Source: the human T2T-CHM13v2.0 reference genome, Homo sapiens. Taken from it: a stretch of 64,000 bases of DNA. The translations under genes and the position numbers were made by a program. Under the pieces are notes generated by a model. The model saw only the letters and a program-made list of their open reading frames with translations, was not told the origin of the DNA and searched no databases. The stretch lies in NCBI RefSeq assembly GCF_009914755.1, contig NC_060933.1, one strand, 5' to 3'. Numbering within the stretch: the first letter of the stretch is position 1; each line of letters starts with the position of its first letter. Positions 1 through 14,083 of the stretch are shown here, piece by piece.

Positions 1-1459
1 TTACATTCGATTCCCCTGCACTCGCGTTGATTCCATTCCATTCCATTCCATTCCATTCCGGATGATTCCATTCCATTGAATTCCATTCCATTCCATTCCC
101 CTGCACTTGGGTTGATTCCATTCCATTACATTCCATTCCTTTCTGTTCCATTCCATTCCATTCCATTCCATTCTATTCGTGTTAATTCCATTCCATTCTA
201 TTCCATTCCATTCCATTGAAATGGAGTTGATTCCATTCCATTCCATTACATTCAATTCCATTACATTCCATTCCATTCCATTACATTCCATTCCGGATGA
301 TTCCATTCCATTGCATTCCATTCCATTCCATTCCCCTGCACTCGGGTTGATTCCATTCCATTCCATTCCATTACATTACATTACATTCCGTTCCATTTCA
401 TTCTATTCGTGTTAATTCCATTCCATTCCATTCCACTCCATTCCAGTCCTTTCCATTCAATTCCACTCGGGTTGACTCCATTCTATTCCTTTCAATTCCA
501 TTCCATTCCATTGCAATCGAGTTGATTCCATTCGAGTTGAATCCATTCCATTCCATTCCATTCTATTCCATTGTACACGGGTTCATTCCATTCCATTCCA
601 TTCCATTCCATTCCATTCCATTTCATTGTATTCCATTCTATTCCATACCATTCCATTCCATCCCATTCCATTCCGTTCCATTCCATGCCATTACACTCGG
701 GTTGATTCCATTCCTTTCCATTCCATTCTTGTTGAATACATACCATTCCATTCCATTCCATTCGAATCCATTCCATTGCACTCGGGTTGATTCCATTCCA
801 TTCCATTCCATTCCATTTCATTCCATTCCATTCCATTACATTCGGATTGATTCTATTCAATTCCCTTACACACCATTACATTCCATTTCATTCGGGATGT
901 TTCCATTCCATTCCATTCCATTCCACTCCATTCCATTGCATCAGGTTGATTGCATTCCATTCCATTCCATTCCATTCCGGATGATTCCATTCCATTGCAT
1001 TCCATTCCATTCCATTCCCCTGCACTCGGGTTGATTCCATTCCATTCCATTCCATTCCATTCCATTCCGTTCCATTCCATTCCATTCCATTCTATTCCGG
1101 TTAATTCCATTCCATTCCATTCGATTAAATTCCATTCCATTCCATTCCATTGCAATCGAGTTGATTCCATTCCATTCCAGTCCATTCCATTCCGGATGAT
1201 TCCATTCCATTCCATTCCATTCCCCTGTAGTCGGGTTGATTCCATTCCATTCCATTCCATTCCATTCTATTCCGTTCAATTCCATTCCTTTCCATTCTAT
1301 TCGGGTTAATTCCATTGCATTCCATTCCATTCCATTCCATTCCATTCCAATCGAGTTGATTCCATTCCATTCCGTTCCATTCCATTCCATTCTTTTGCAT
1401 TCCATTGCAATCGAGTTGAATCCATTGCCTTTCATTCCATTCCATTCCATTCCATTCCA

Positions 1460-1472
1460 TTCCGGAAGATTC
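1460..1472. promoter_or_regulatory. Perfect 3-unit heat shock element motif (TTCCGGAAGATTC), first of ~37 copies
   Basis: Matches TTCnnGAAnnTTC exactly. Motif match only; binding is not shown by the sequence. Confidence 0.55.
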
Positions 1473-3629
1473 CATTCCATTGCATTCCATTCCATTCCAT
1501 TCCCCTGCACTCGCGTTGATTCCATTCCATTCCATTCCATTCCATTCCGTTCCGTTCCATTCCATTCCATTCCATTCCGTTCCGTTCCATTCCATTCCAT
1601 TCCATTCTATTCGGGTTGATTCCATTCCATTCCATTCGACTGCCATCGAGTTGATTCCATTCCATTCCATTCCATTCCATTCCATTCCATTCCATTCCAT
1701 TCCATTCCTTTCCATTCCATTACGGATGACTCCATTCCATTGCATTCCATTCCATTCCATTCCCCTGTACTCGGGTTGATTCCATTCCATTCCATTCCAC
1801 TCCATTCTGTTCCGTTGCATTCCATTCTATTGCATTCCATTCTATTCGGGTTAATTCCATTCCATTCTATTCCATTCCATTCCATTCCGTTCCATTCCAT
1901 TGCAATGGAGTTGATTCCATTCCATTCCATTCCATTCCGGAAGATTCCATTCCATTGCTTTCCATTCCATTCCATTCCCCTGCATTCGCGTTGATTCCAT
2001 TCCATTCCATTCCATTCCATTCCATTCCATTCCGGATGATTCCATTCCATTGAATTCCATTCCATTCCATTCCCCTGCACTTGGGTTGATTCCATTCCAT
2101 TCCATTCCATTCCTTTCTGTTCCATTCAATTCCATTCCATTCCATTCTATTCGTGTTAATTCCATTCCATTCTATTCCATTCCATTCCATTGAAATCGAG
2201 TTGATTCCATTCCATTCCATTCCATTCCATTCCATTCCATTCCATTCCGGATGATTCCATTCCATTGCATTCCATTCCATTCCATTCCCCTGCACTCGGG
2301 TTGATTCCATTCCATTCCATTCCATTACATTCCATTCCATTCCGTTCCATTTCATTCTATTCGTGTTAATTCCATTCCATTCCATTCCACTCCATTCCAG
2401 TCCTTTCCATTCCATTCCACTCGGGTTGATTCCATTCTATTCCTTTCAATTCCATTCCATTCCATTGCAATCGAGTTGATTCCATTCGAGTTGAATCCAT
2501 TCCATTCCATTCCATTCCATTGCACACGGGCTCATTCCATTCCATTCCATTCCATTCCATTCCATTCTATTCCATTTCATTCCATTCCATTCTATTCCGT
2601 ACCATTCCATTCCATCCCATTCCATTCCGTTCCATTCCATGCCATTACACTGGGGTTGATTCCATTCCTTTCCATTCCTTTCTTGTTGAATCCATTCCAT
2701 TCCTTTCCATTCCATTCCATTCGAATCCATTCCATTGCACTCGGGTTGACTCCATTCCATTCCATTCCATTCCATTTCATTCCATTCCATTCCATTACAT
2801 TCGGATTGATTCTATTCAATTCCCTTACAATCCATTACATTCCATTCCATTCGGGATGTTTCCATTCTATTCCATTCCATTCCACTCCATTCCATTGCAT
2901 GAGGTTGATTGCATTCCATTCCATTCCGTTCCATTCCGGATGATTCCATTCCATTGCATTCCATTCCATTCCATTCCCCTGTACTCGGGTTGATTCCATT
3001 CCATTCCATTCCACTCCATTCCGTTCCATTCCATTCCATTCCATTCCATTCCATTCCATTCCATTCCGTTCCATTCCATTCCATTCCATTCTATTCCGGT
3101 TAATTCCATTCCATTCCATTCGATTCCATTCCATTCCATTCCATTCCATTGCAATCGATTTGATTCCATTCCATTCCATTCCATTCCATTGCAATCGATT
3201 TGATTCCATTCCATTCCATTCCATTCCGTTCCGGATGATTCCATTCCATTCCATTCCATTCCATTCCATTCCCCTGCATTCGGGTTGATGCCATTCCATT
3301 CCATTCCATTCCATTCCATTCCATTCCATTCCGTTCCATTCCATTCCTTTCCATTCTATTCGGGTTAATTCCATTCCATTCCATTCCATTCCATTAAATT
3401 CCATTCCATTCCATTCCAATCGAGTTGATTCCATTCCATTCCATTCCATTCCAGTCCTTTCCATTCCATTACACTCGGGTTGATTCCATTCTATTCCTTT
3501 CCATTCCATTCCATTCCATTGCAATCGAGTTGATTCCATTGCTTTGCATTCCATTCCATTCCATTCCATTCCGGATGATTCCATTCCATTGCATTCCATT
3601 CCATTCCATTCCCCTGCACTCGGGTTGAT

Positions 3630-6600
3630 TCCATTCCATTCCATTCCATTTCATTCCATTGCAATCCATTCCAATCCATTCCATTCCATTCCATTCCACT
3701 CGAGTTGACTTCATTCCATTCCTTTCCATTCCATTCCATTCCTTTCCACTCGAGTTGATTCCATTCCATTCCAATCCATTGCATTCCATTCCATGCCATT
3801 CCACTCGGGTTGATTCCATTCCTTTGCATTCTATTCCATTCCATTCCATTGCATTCCATTCCATTCCATTCCGTTGCATTCCATTCCATTACATTCGGAT
3901 TGAGTCTATTCAACTCCCTTACTCTCCATTACATTCCGTTCCATTCGGGTTGTTCCATTCCATTCCATTCCATTCCACTCCATTCCATTGCACTCGGGTT
4001 GATTCCATTCCATTCCATTCCATTCCATTCCATTCCGGATGATTCCATTCCATTGCATTCCGTTCCATTACATTCCCCTGCACTCGCGTTGATTCCATTC
4101 CATTCCATTCCATTCCATTCAATTCCATTCCATTACAATTCGTTCCATTCCATTGTATTCCGTACCATTCCATTCCATTCCATACCATTCCATTCCATTC
4201 CATTCCATTGCATTCCATTCCGTTCCATTCCATTCCATTCCATTCTATTCGGGTTAATTCCATTCCATTCCATTCCATCCCATTCTATTACATTCCATTG
4301 CAATCAAGTTGAATCCATTGCATTTCATTCCATTCCATTCCATTCCATTCCATTCCGGAAGATTCCATTCCATTGCATTCCATTCCATTCCATTCCCCTG
4401 CACTCGCGTTTATTCCATTCCATTCCATTCCATTCCATTCCATTCCATTCCGTTCCGTTCCATTCCATTCCATTCCATTCCATTCCATTCCGTTCCGTTC
4501 CATTCCATTCCATTCCTTTCTATTCGGGTTAATTCCATTCCATTCCATTCGATTGCAATCGTGTTGATTCCATTCCATTCCATTCCATTCCATTCCATTC
4601 CATTCCTTTCCATTCCATTACGGATGATTCCATTCCATTGCATTCCATTCCATTCCATTCCCCTGTACTCGGGTTGATTCCATTCCATTGCATTCCAATC
4701 CATGCCCTTCCACTCGTGTTGATTCCATTCTTTCCATTCCATTCAAGTTGAATCCATTCCATTGCATTCCATTCCATTCGATTCCATTCGATTGCACTCG
4801 GGTTGATTCCATTCCATTGCATTCCATTCCATTCCATTCCATTCCATTCCATTCCATTCCTTTCCATTCCTTTCCATTACATTCGGATTGATTCTATTCA
4901 ATTCCCTTACACTCCATTACATTCCATTCCATTCGGGTAGTTTCCATTCCATTCCATTCCATTCCTCTCCATTCCATTGCACTCGGGTTGATACCATTCC
5001 ATTGCATTCCATTCCATTCCATTCAATTCCATTCCGTTCCATTCCATTCCATTACATTCGGATTGATTCTATTCAACTCCCTTACTCTCCATTACATTCC
5101 ATTCCGTTCGGGTTGCTCCATTGCATTCCATTCCATTCCACTCCATTCCATTGCACTCGGGTTTATTCCATTCCATTCCCTTCCATTCCATTCCATTCCA
5201 TTCCATTCCAGAAGATTCCATTCCATTGCATTCCATTCCATTCCATTCCATTCCATTCCATTCCTTTCCGTTGCATTCCGTTCCATTCCATTCCATTCCG
5301 TTCCGTTCCATGCCATTCCATTCCATTCTATTCGGGTTAATTCCATTCCATTCCATTCGATTGCAATCGAGTTGATTCCATTCCATTCCATTCCATTCCA
5401 TTCCATTCCATTCCATTCCTTTCCATTCCATTACGGATGATTCCATTCCATTGCATTCCATTCCATTCCATTCCCCTGTACTCGTGTTGATTCTATTCCA
5501 TTCCATTCCAATCCATGCCATTCCACTCGTGTTGATTCCATTCTTTCCATTCCATTCAAGTTGAATCCATTCCATTGCATTCCATTCCATTCCATTCCCC
5601 TGCAGTCGGGTTGATTCCATTCCATTCCATTCCATTCCATTCCATTCCATTCCATTCTGTTCCGTTCCTTTCCGTTCCATTCCATTCCATTCCATTCTAT
5701 TCGGGTTAATTCCATTCCATTCCATTCCATTCCAATCGAGTTGATTCCATTCCATTCCATTCCATTCCATTCCATTCCACTCCATTCCAGTCCTTTCCAT
5801 TCCATTCCACTCGGGTTGATTCCAATGTATTCCTTTCCATTCCATTCCATTCCATTGCAATCGAGTTGATTCCATTGCTTTCAATTCCATTCCATTCCAT
5901 TCCATTCCGGATGATTCCATTCCATTGCATTCCATTCCATTCCATTCCCCTGCACTCGGTTTGATTCCATTCCATTCCACTCCATTCCTTTCCATTCCAT
6001 TCCATTCCATTGTATTCGGGTTAATTCCATTCCATTCCATTCCATTCCATTCCATTCCATTTCATTCCATTCCATTACAATCGAGTTGATTCCATTCCAT
6101 TCCATTCCATTCCATTCCAGTCCAGTCCTTTCCATTCCATTCCACTCGGGTTGATTCCATTCTATTAGTTTCCATTCCATTCCATTCCCTTCCATTCCAC
6201 TCTGGTTGATTCCATTCCTTTCCATTCCACTCGAATACATTCCCTCCTATTCCACTCGGAACGATTCCATTCCATTCCATTCCATTCCATTCCATTCCAT
6301 TCCATTCCAGTTCGTTCCATTCCGTTCTATTCCGTACCATTCCATTCCATTCCATTCCTTTCCATTCCATTCCTTTCCACTCGTGTTGATTCCATTCCTT
6401 TCCATTCCATTCGGTTTGAAGGCATTCCATTCCATTCAATTCCATTCCATTCCATTCCATTCCATTCCATTCTATTCAATTCCATTGCAATCGAGTTGAA
6501 TCCATTGCCTTTCATTCCATTCCATTCCATTCCATTACGGAAGATTCCATTCCATTGCATTCCATTCCATTCTATTCCCCTGCACTCGCGTTGATTCCAT

Positions 6601-8630
6601 TCTATTCCATTCCATTCCATTCCGTTCCGTTCCATTCCATTCCATTCCATTCCATTCCGTTCCGTTCCATTCCATTCCATTCCATTCTATTCGGGTTAAT
6701 TCCATTCCATTCCATTCGATTACCATCGAGTTGATTCCATTCCATTCCATTCCATTCCATTCCATTCCATTCCTTTCCATTCCATTACGGATGACTCCAT
6801 TCCATTGCATTCCATTCCATTCCATTCCCCTGTACTCGGGTTGATTCCATTCCATTCCATTCCAGTCCATTCGGTTCCGTTGCATTCCATTCTATTGCAT
6901 TCCATCTTTTCGGGTTAATTCCATTCCATTCTATTCCATTACATTCCATTCCATTCCATTGCAATGGAGTTGATTCCATTCCATTCCATTCCATTCCGGA
7001 TGATTCCATTCCATTGCATTCCATTCCATTCCATTCCCCTGCACTCGTGTTGATTCCATTCCCTTCCATTCCATTCCATTCCGTTCCATTCCATTCCATT
7101 CCATTCCATTCTATTCCGGTTAATTCCATTCCATTCCATTCCATTCCATTCCATTCCATTGCAATCGAGTTGATTTCATTCCATTCCTTTCCATTCCATT
7201 CCATTGCCTTGCATTCCACTCGGGTTGATTCCATTCCCTTCTTTCCACTCCATTACATTCCCTTCCATGATTGATTCCATTCCATTCCATTCCATTTCAT
7301 TCCATTGCAATCCATTCCAATCCATTCTATTCCATTCCATTCCATTCGAGTTGACTTCATTCCATTCCTTTCCATTCCATTCCATTCTTTTCCACTCGAG
7401 TTGATTCCATTCCATTCCAATCCATTGCATTCCATTCCATGCCATTCCACTCGGGTTGATTCCATTCCTTTGCATTCCATTCCATTCCATTCCATTCCAT
7501 TCCATTCCATTCCATTCCGTTGCATTCCATTCCATTACATTCGGATTGATTCTATTCAACTCCCTTACTCTCCATTACATTCCATTCCATTCGGGTTGTT
7601 CCATTCCATTCCATTCCATTCCACTCCATTCCATTGCACTCGGATTGATTCCATTCCATTCCATTCCATTCCATTCCATTCCATTCCACTCCATTCCGGA
7701 TGATTCCATTCCATTGCATTCCGTTCCATTACATTCCCCTGCACTCGCGTTGATTCCATTCCATTTCATTCCATTCCATTCAATTCCATTCCATTACAAT
7801 TCGTTCCATTCCATTCTATTCCGTACCATTCCATTCCATTCCATACCATTCCATTCCATTCCATTCCATTCCATTCCGTTCCATTCCGTTCCATTCCATT
7901 CCATTCCATTCTAATCGGGTTAATTCCATTCCATTCCATTCCATTCCATTCCATTCCATTCCATTCCATTCCATTCTATTCCATTCCATTGCAATCGAGT
8001 TGAATCCATTGCATTTCATTCCATTCCATTCCATTCCATTCCGGAAGATTCCATTCCATTGCATTCCATTCCATTCCATTCCCCTGCACTCGCGTTGATT
8101 CCATTCCATTCCATTCCATTCCATTCCATTCCATTCTATTCCATTCCGTTCCGTTCCATTCCATTCCATTCCATTCCATTCCATTCCATTCCATTCCGTT
8201 CCGTTCCATTCCATTCCATTCCATTCTATTCGGGTTAATTCCATTCCATTCCATTCGATTGCAATCGAGTTGATTCCATTCCATTCCATTCCATTCTATT
8301 CCGTTCCATTCCATTCCTTTCCATTCCATTACGGATGATTCCATTCCATTGCATTCCATTCCATTCCATTCCCCTGTACTCGGGTTGTTTCCATTCCATT
8401 CCATTCCAATCCATGCCTTTCCACTCGTGTTGATTCCATTCTTTCCATTCCATTCAAGTTGAATCCATTCCATTGCATTCCATTCCATTCGATTCCATTC
8501 GATTGCACTCGGGTTGATTCCATTCCATTGCATTCCATTCCATTCCATTCCATTCCAATCCATTCCATTCCGTTCCATTCCATTTCATTACATTCAGATT
8601 GATTCTATTCAATTCCCTTACACTCCATTA
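3630..8630 (+). repeat. Direct repeat pair ~3630-4920 / ~7275-8630 (spacing ~3.65-3.7 kb)
   Basis: GCAATCCATTCCAATCC and GAGTTGACTTCATTCC were seen only at ~3661/3712 and ~7307/7348. Downstream modules are collinear (ORFs 3659/7305 and 3810/7456, offset 3646). Confidence 0.8.
5206..5218. promoter_or_regulatory. HSE motif, CpG-free variant TTCCAGAAGATTC (also 40069, 46490)
   Basis: Matches TTCnnGAAnnTTC; CG>CA change in the first spacer. Confidence 0.5.
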
Positions 8631-9030
8631 TATTCCAATCCATTCTGGTTGTTTCCATTCCATTCCATTCCATTTCACTCCATTCCATTGCACTCGGGTT
8701 GATTCCATTCCATTCCATTCCATTCCATTCCATTCCATTCCATTCCATTCCGGATGATTCCATTCCATTGCATTCCTTTCCATTCCATTCCCCTGCACTC
8801 GGGTTGATTCCATTCCATTCCATTCCATTCCATTACATTCCGTTCCATTCCATTCCATTCCATTCGGATTGATTCTATTCAATTCCCTTACACTCCATTC
8901 CATTCCATTCCATTCCATTCGGGTAGTTTCCATTCCATTCCATTCCATTCCTCTCCATTCCATTGCACTCGGGTTGATTCCATTCCATTCCATTCCACTC
9001 CATTCCATTACATTACATTACATTCCGTTC

Positions 9031-12000
9031 CATTGTACTCGGGTTGATTCCATTCCATTGCATTCCATTCCATTCCATTCCATTCCATTCCATTCCATTC
9101 CATTTCATTCGGATTGATTCTATTCAACTCCCTAACTCTCCATTACATTACATTCCATTCGGGTTGTTCCATTCCATTCCATTCCATTCCATTCCGTTCC
9201 ATTCCATTCTATTACATTCGGATTGATTCTATTCAATTCCCTTACACTCCATTACATTCCATTCCATTCGGGTTGTTCCATTCCATTCCATTCCATTCCA
9301 CTCCATTTCATTGCGCTCGGGTTGATTCCATTCCAATCCATTCCATTCCATTCCATTCCATTCCATTCCGGATGATTCCATTCCATTGCATTCCGTTCCA
9401 TTACATTCCCCTGCACTCGGGTTCATTCCATTCCATTCCATTCCATTCCATTCCATTCCGTTCCATTCCAATTCTTTCCATTCCATTCTATTCCGTACCA
9501 TTGCATTCCATTCCATACAATTCCATTCCATTCCATTCCATTCCATTCCGTTCCGTTCCGTTCCGTTCCGTTCCATTCCATTCCATTCCATTCTATTCGG
9601 TTTAATTCCATTCCATTCCATTCTATTCCATTCCATTGCAATCGAGTTGAATCCATTGCATTCCATTCCATTCCATTCCATTCCATTAAGGAAGATTCCA
9701 TTCCATTGCATTCCATGTCCTTCCATTCCATTCCATTCCATTCCATTCCATTCCATTCCATTCCATTGTACTCGGGTTGATTCCATTCCATTCCATTCCA
9801 TTCCATTCCATTCCATTCCGTTCCATTCCATTCCATTCCGTTCCATTCCATTCCATTACATTCGGATTGATTCTTTTCAACTCCCTTACTCTCCATTACA
9901 TTCCATTCCATTCGGGTTGTTCCATTCCATTCCATTCCATTCCACTCCATTCCATTGCACTCGGGTTGATTCCATTCCATTCCATTCCATTCCCTTCCGG
10001 ATGATTCCATTCCATTGCATTCCGTTCCATTACATTCCCCTGCACTCGGGTTGATTCCATTCCATTCCATTCCATTCCATTCCATTCGATTCCATTCCAT
10101 TCCCCTGCACTCGCGTTGATTCCATTCCATTCCATTCCATTCCATTCCTTTCCATTCCATTCCATTGCTTTCCATTCCAGTCTTTTCCATTCCATTCCAC
10201 TCGGGTTGATTCCATTCTATTAGTTTCCATTCCATTCCATTCCCTTCCATTCCACTCTGGTTGATTCCATTCCTTTCCATTCCACTCGAATACATTCCCT
10301 CCTATTCCACTCGGAAAGTTTCCATTCCATTCCATTCCATTCCATTCCTTTCCATTCCATTCCATTCCATTTCGTTCCATTCCATTCTATTCCGTATCAT
10401 TCCATTCCATTGCATTCCATTCCATTCCATTCCATTCCATTCCACTCGTGTTGATTCCATTCCTTTCCATTCCATTCGGTTTGAAGGCATTCCATTCCAT
10501 TCCATTCCATTCCATTCCATTCCATTCCATTGTACTCGGGTTGTGTCCATTCCCTTGCATTCCATTCCGTTCCATTCCATTCCATTCCATTCCATTCCGT
10601 TCCATTCCATTCCATTACATTCGGATTGATTCTATTCAATTCCCTTACACTCCATTACATTCCATTCCATTCGGGTAGTTTCCATTCCATTCCATTCCAT
10701 TCCACTCCATTCCATTGCACTCGGGTTGATTCCATTCCATTCCATTCCATTCCATTCCATTCTATTCCTTTCCGTTCCATTCCATTCCATTCCATTCTAT
10801 TCGGGTTAATTCCATTCCATTCCTTTCCATTCCATTCCAATCGAGTTAATTCCATTCCATTGCATTCCATTCCTCTCCATTCCAGTCCTTTCCATTCCAT
10901 TCCACTCGGGTTGATTCCATTCTATTCCTTTCCATTCCATTCCATTGCAATCGAGTTGATTCCATTGCATTGCATTCCATTCCATTCCATTCCGGATGAT
11001 TCCATTCCATTGCATTCCATTCCATTCCATTCCCCTGCACTCGGGTTGATTCCATTCCATTCCACTCCATTGCGTTCCATTGCATTCCATTCCATTGTAT
11101 TCGGGTTAATTCCATTCCATTCTATTACATTCCATTCCATTCCATTCCATTACAATCGAGTTGATTCCATTCCATTCCATTCCATTCCATTCCATTCCAT
11201 TCCACTCGTGTTGATTCCATTCCTTTCCATTCCATTCGGTTTGAAGCTATTCCATCCCATTCAATTCCATTCCATTCCTTTCCATTCCATTTCGGATGAT
11301 GCCATTCCATTGCTTTCCATTCCATTCCATTCCCCTGTACTCAGGTTTATTCCATTCCATTCCATTGCAATCCATGCCATTCCACTCGTGTTGATTCCAT
11401 TCTTTCCATTCCATTCAAGTTGAATCCATTCCAATGCATTCCATTCCATTCGATTCCATTGGATTTCACTCGGTTTGATTCCATGGCATTGCATTCCATT
11501 CTATTCCATTCCATTCCATTCCATTCCATTCCTTTCTATTCCATTCCATTCCATTCGGATTCATTCTAATCAATTCCCTTACACTCCATTACATTACATT
11601 CCATTCGGGTAGTTTCCATTCCATTCCATTCCATTCCATTCCTCTCCATTCCATTGCACACGGGTTGATTCCATTCCATTCCACTCCATTCCATTCCATT
11701 CCATTCCATTCCATTCCATTCCATTCCGGATGATTCCATTCCATTGAATTCCATTCCATTCCATTCCCCTGCACTTGGGTTGATTCTATTCCATTCCATT
11801 CCTTTCTGTTCCATTCCATTCCATTCCATTCTATTCTATTCGTGTTAATTCCATTCCATTCTATTCCATTCCATTCCATTGAAATCGAGTTGATTCCATT
11901 CCATTCAATTCCATTCCAGATGATTCCATTCCATTGCATTCCATTCCATTCCATTCCCCTGCACTCGGGTTGATTCCATTCCATTCCATTCCATTCCATT

Positions 12001-14083
12001 CCGTTCCATTCTGTTCCATTCCATTCTATTCGGGTTAATTCCATTCCATTCCATTCCAGTCCTTTCCATTCCATTCCACTCGGGTTGATTCCATTCTATT
12101 CCTTTCCATTCTGTTCCATTCCATTGCAATCGAGTTGATTCCATTCGAGTTGAATCCATTCCATTCCATTCCATTCCATTCCATTGAACACGGGTTCATT
12201 CCATTCCATTCCATTCCATTCCATTCCATTTCATTGCATTCCATTCTATTCCATACCATTCCATTCCATCCCATTCCATTCCGTTCCATTCCATGCCATT
12301 ACACTCGGGTTGATTCCATTCCTTTCCATTCCATTGTTGTTGAATCCATTCCATTCCATTCCATTCCATTCGAATCCATTCCATTGCACTCGGGTTGATT
12401 CCATTCCATTCCATTCCATTTCATTTCATTCCATTCCATTCCATTACATTCGGATTGATTCTATTCAATTCCCTTACACTCCATTACATTCCATTCCATT
12501 CGGGATGTTTCCATTCCATTCCATTCCATTCCACTCCATTCCATTGCATCAGGTTGATTGCATTCCATTCCATTCCATTCCATTCCATTCCATTCCGGAT
12601 GATTCCATTCCATTGCATTCCATTCCATTCCATTCCCCTGCACTCGGGTTGATTCCATTCCATTCCATTCCATTCCATTCCATTCCATTCCATTCCGTTC
12701 CGTTCCGTTCCGTTCCATTCCACTCCATTCCAATCCATTCCATTCTATTCGTGTTAATTCCATTCCATTCCATTTGATTCCATTCCATTCCATTCCATTC
12801 CATTGCAATCGAGTTGATTCCATTCCATTCCATTCCATTCCGTTCCGGATGATTCCATTCCATTGCATTCCATTCCATTCCATTCCCCTGCAGTCGGGTT
12901 GATTCCATTCCATTCCATTCCATTCCATTCCATTCCATTCCATTCCGTTCCATTCCATTCCATTCCATTCTATTCGGGTTAATTCCATTCCATTCCATTC
13001 CATTCCATTCCAATCGAGTTGATTCCATTCCATTCCATTCCATTCCATTTCGCTCCATTCCATTCTATTCCGTACCATTCCATTCCATTCCATTCCTTTC
13101 CATTCCATTCCAATCCACTCATGTTGATTCCATTGCCTTCCATTCCATTCGGTTTGAAGGCATTCCATTCCATTCCATTCCATTCCGTTCCCTTGTACTC
13201 GGGTTGATTCCATTCCATTGCATTCCATTCCATTCCATTACATTCCATTCCATTCCATTCCATTCCGTTGCATTCCATTCCATTACATTCGGATTGATTC
13301 TATTCAACTCCCTTACTCTCCATTACATTCCATTCCATTCGGGTTGTTCCATTCCATTCCATTCCATTCCATTCCATTCCATTCCATTCCATTGCACTCG
13401 GGTTGATTCCATTCCATTCCATTCCATTCCATTCCTTTCCGGATGATTCCATTCCATTGCATTCCGTTCAATTACATTCCACTGCACTCGCGTTGATTCC
13501 ATTCCATTCCATTCCATTCCATTCAATTCCATTCCATTACAATTCGTTCCATTCCATTCTATTCCGTACCATTCCATTCCATTCCATACCATTCCATTCC
13601 ATTCCATTCCATTCCATTCCATTCCATTCCGTTCCATTCCATTCCATTCCATTCTATTCGGGTTAATTCCATTCCATTCCATTCCATTCCATTCCATTAC
13701 ATTCGAGTTGATTCCATTCCATTCCATTCCATTCCATTCCATTCCAGTCCTTTCCATTCCATTCCACTCGGTTGATTCCATTCTATTTGTTTCCATTCCA
13801 TTCCATTCCCTTCCATTCCACTCCGGTTGATTCCATTCCTTTCCATTCCACTCGAATACATTCCCTCCTATTCCACTCGGAACGATTCCATTCCATTCCA
13901 TTCCATTCCATTCCATTCCATTCCATTCCATTTCTTTCCATTCCATTCTATTCCGTATCATTCCATTCCATTCCATTCCATTCCATTCCATTCCACTCGT
14001 GTTGATTCCATTCCTTTCCATTCCATTCGGTTTGAAGGCATTCCATTCCATTCCATTCCATTCCATTCCATTCCATTCCATTC
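9031..14083 (+). repeat. ~5.05 kb tandem duplication, copy 1
   Basis: Private variants are shared with 14084-19117 (CCCTAACTCTCC, TTGCGCTCGGG, TTAAGGAAG, CATGTCCTTCC, CGGAAAGTTT, GGGTTGTGTCC, GAAGCTATTCC, GGATTTCACTCGG). ORF translations are identical at offset 5053 (9229/14282, 9386/14439, 10261/15314). Confidence 0.95.
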
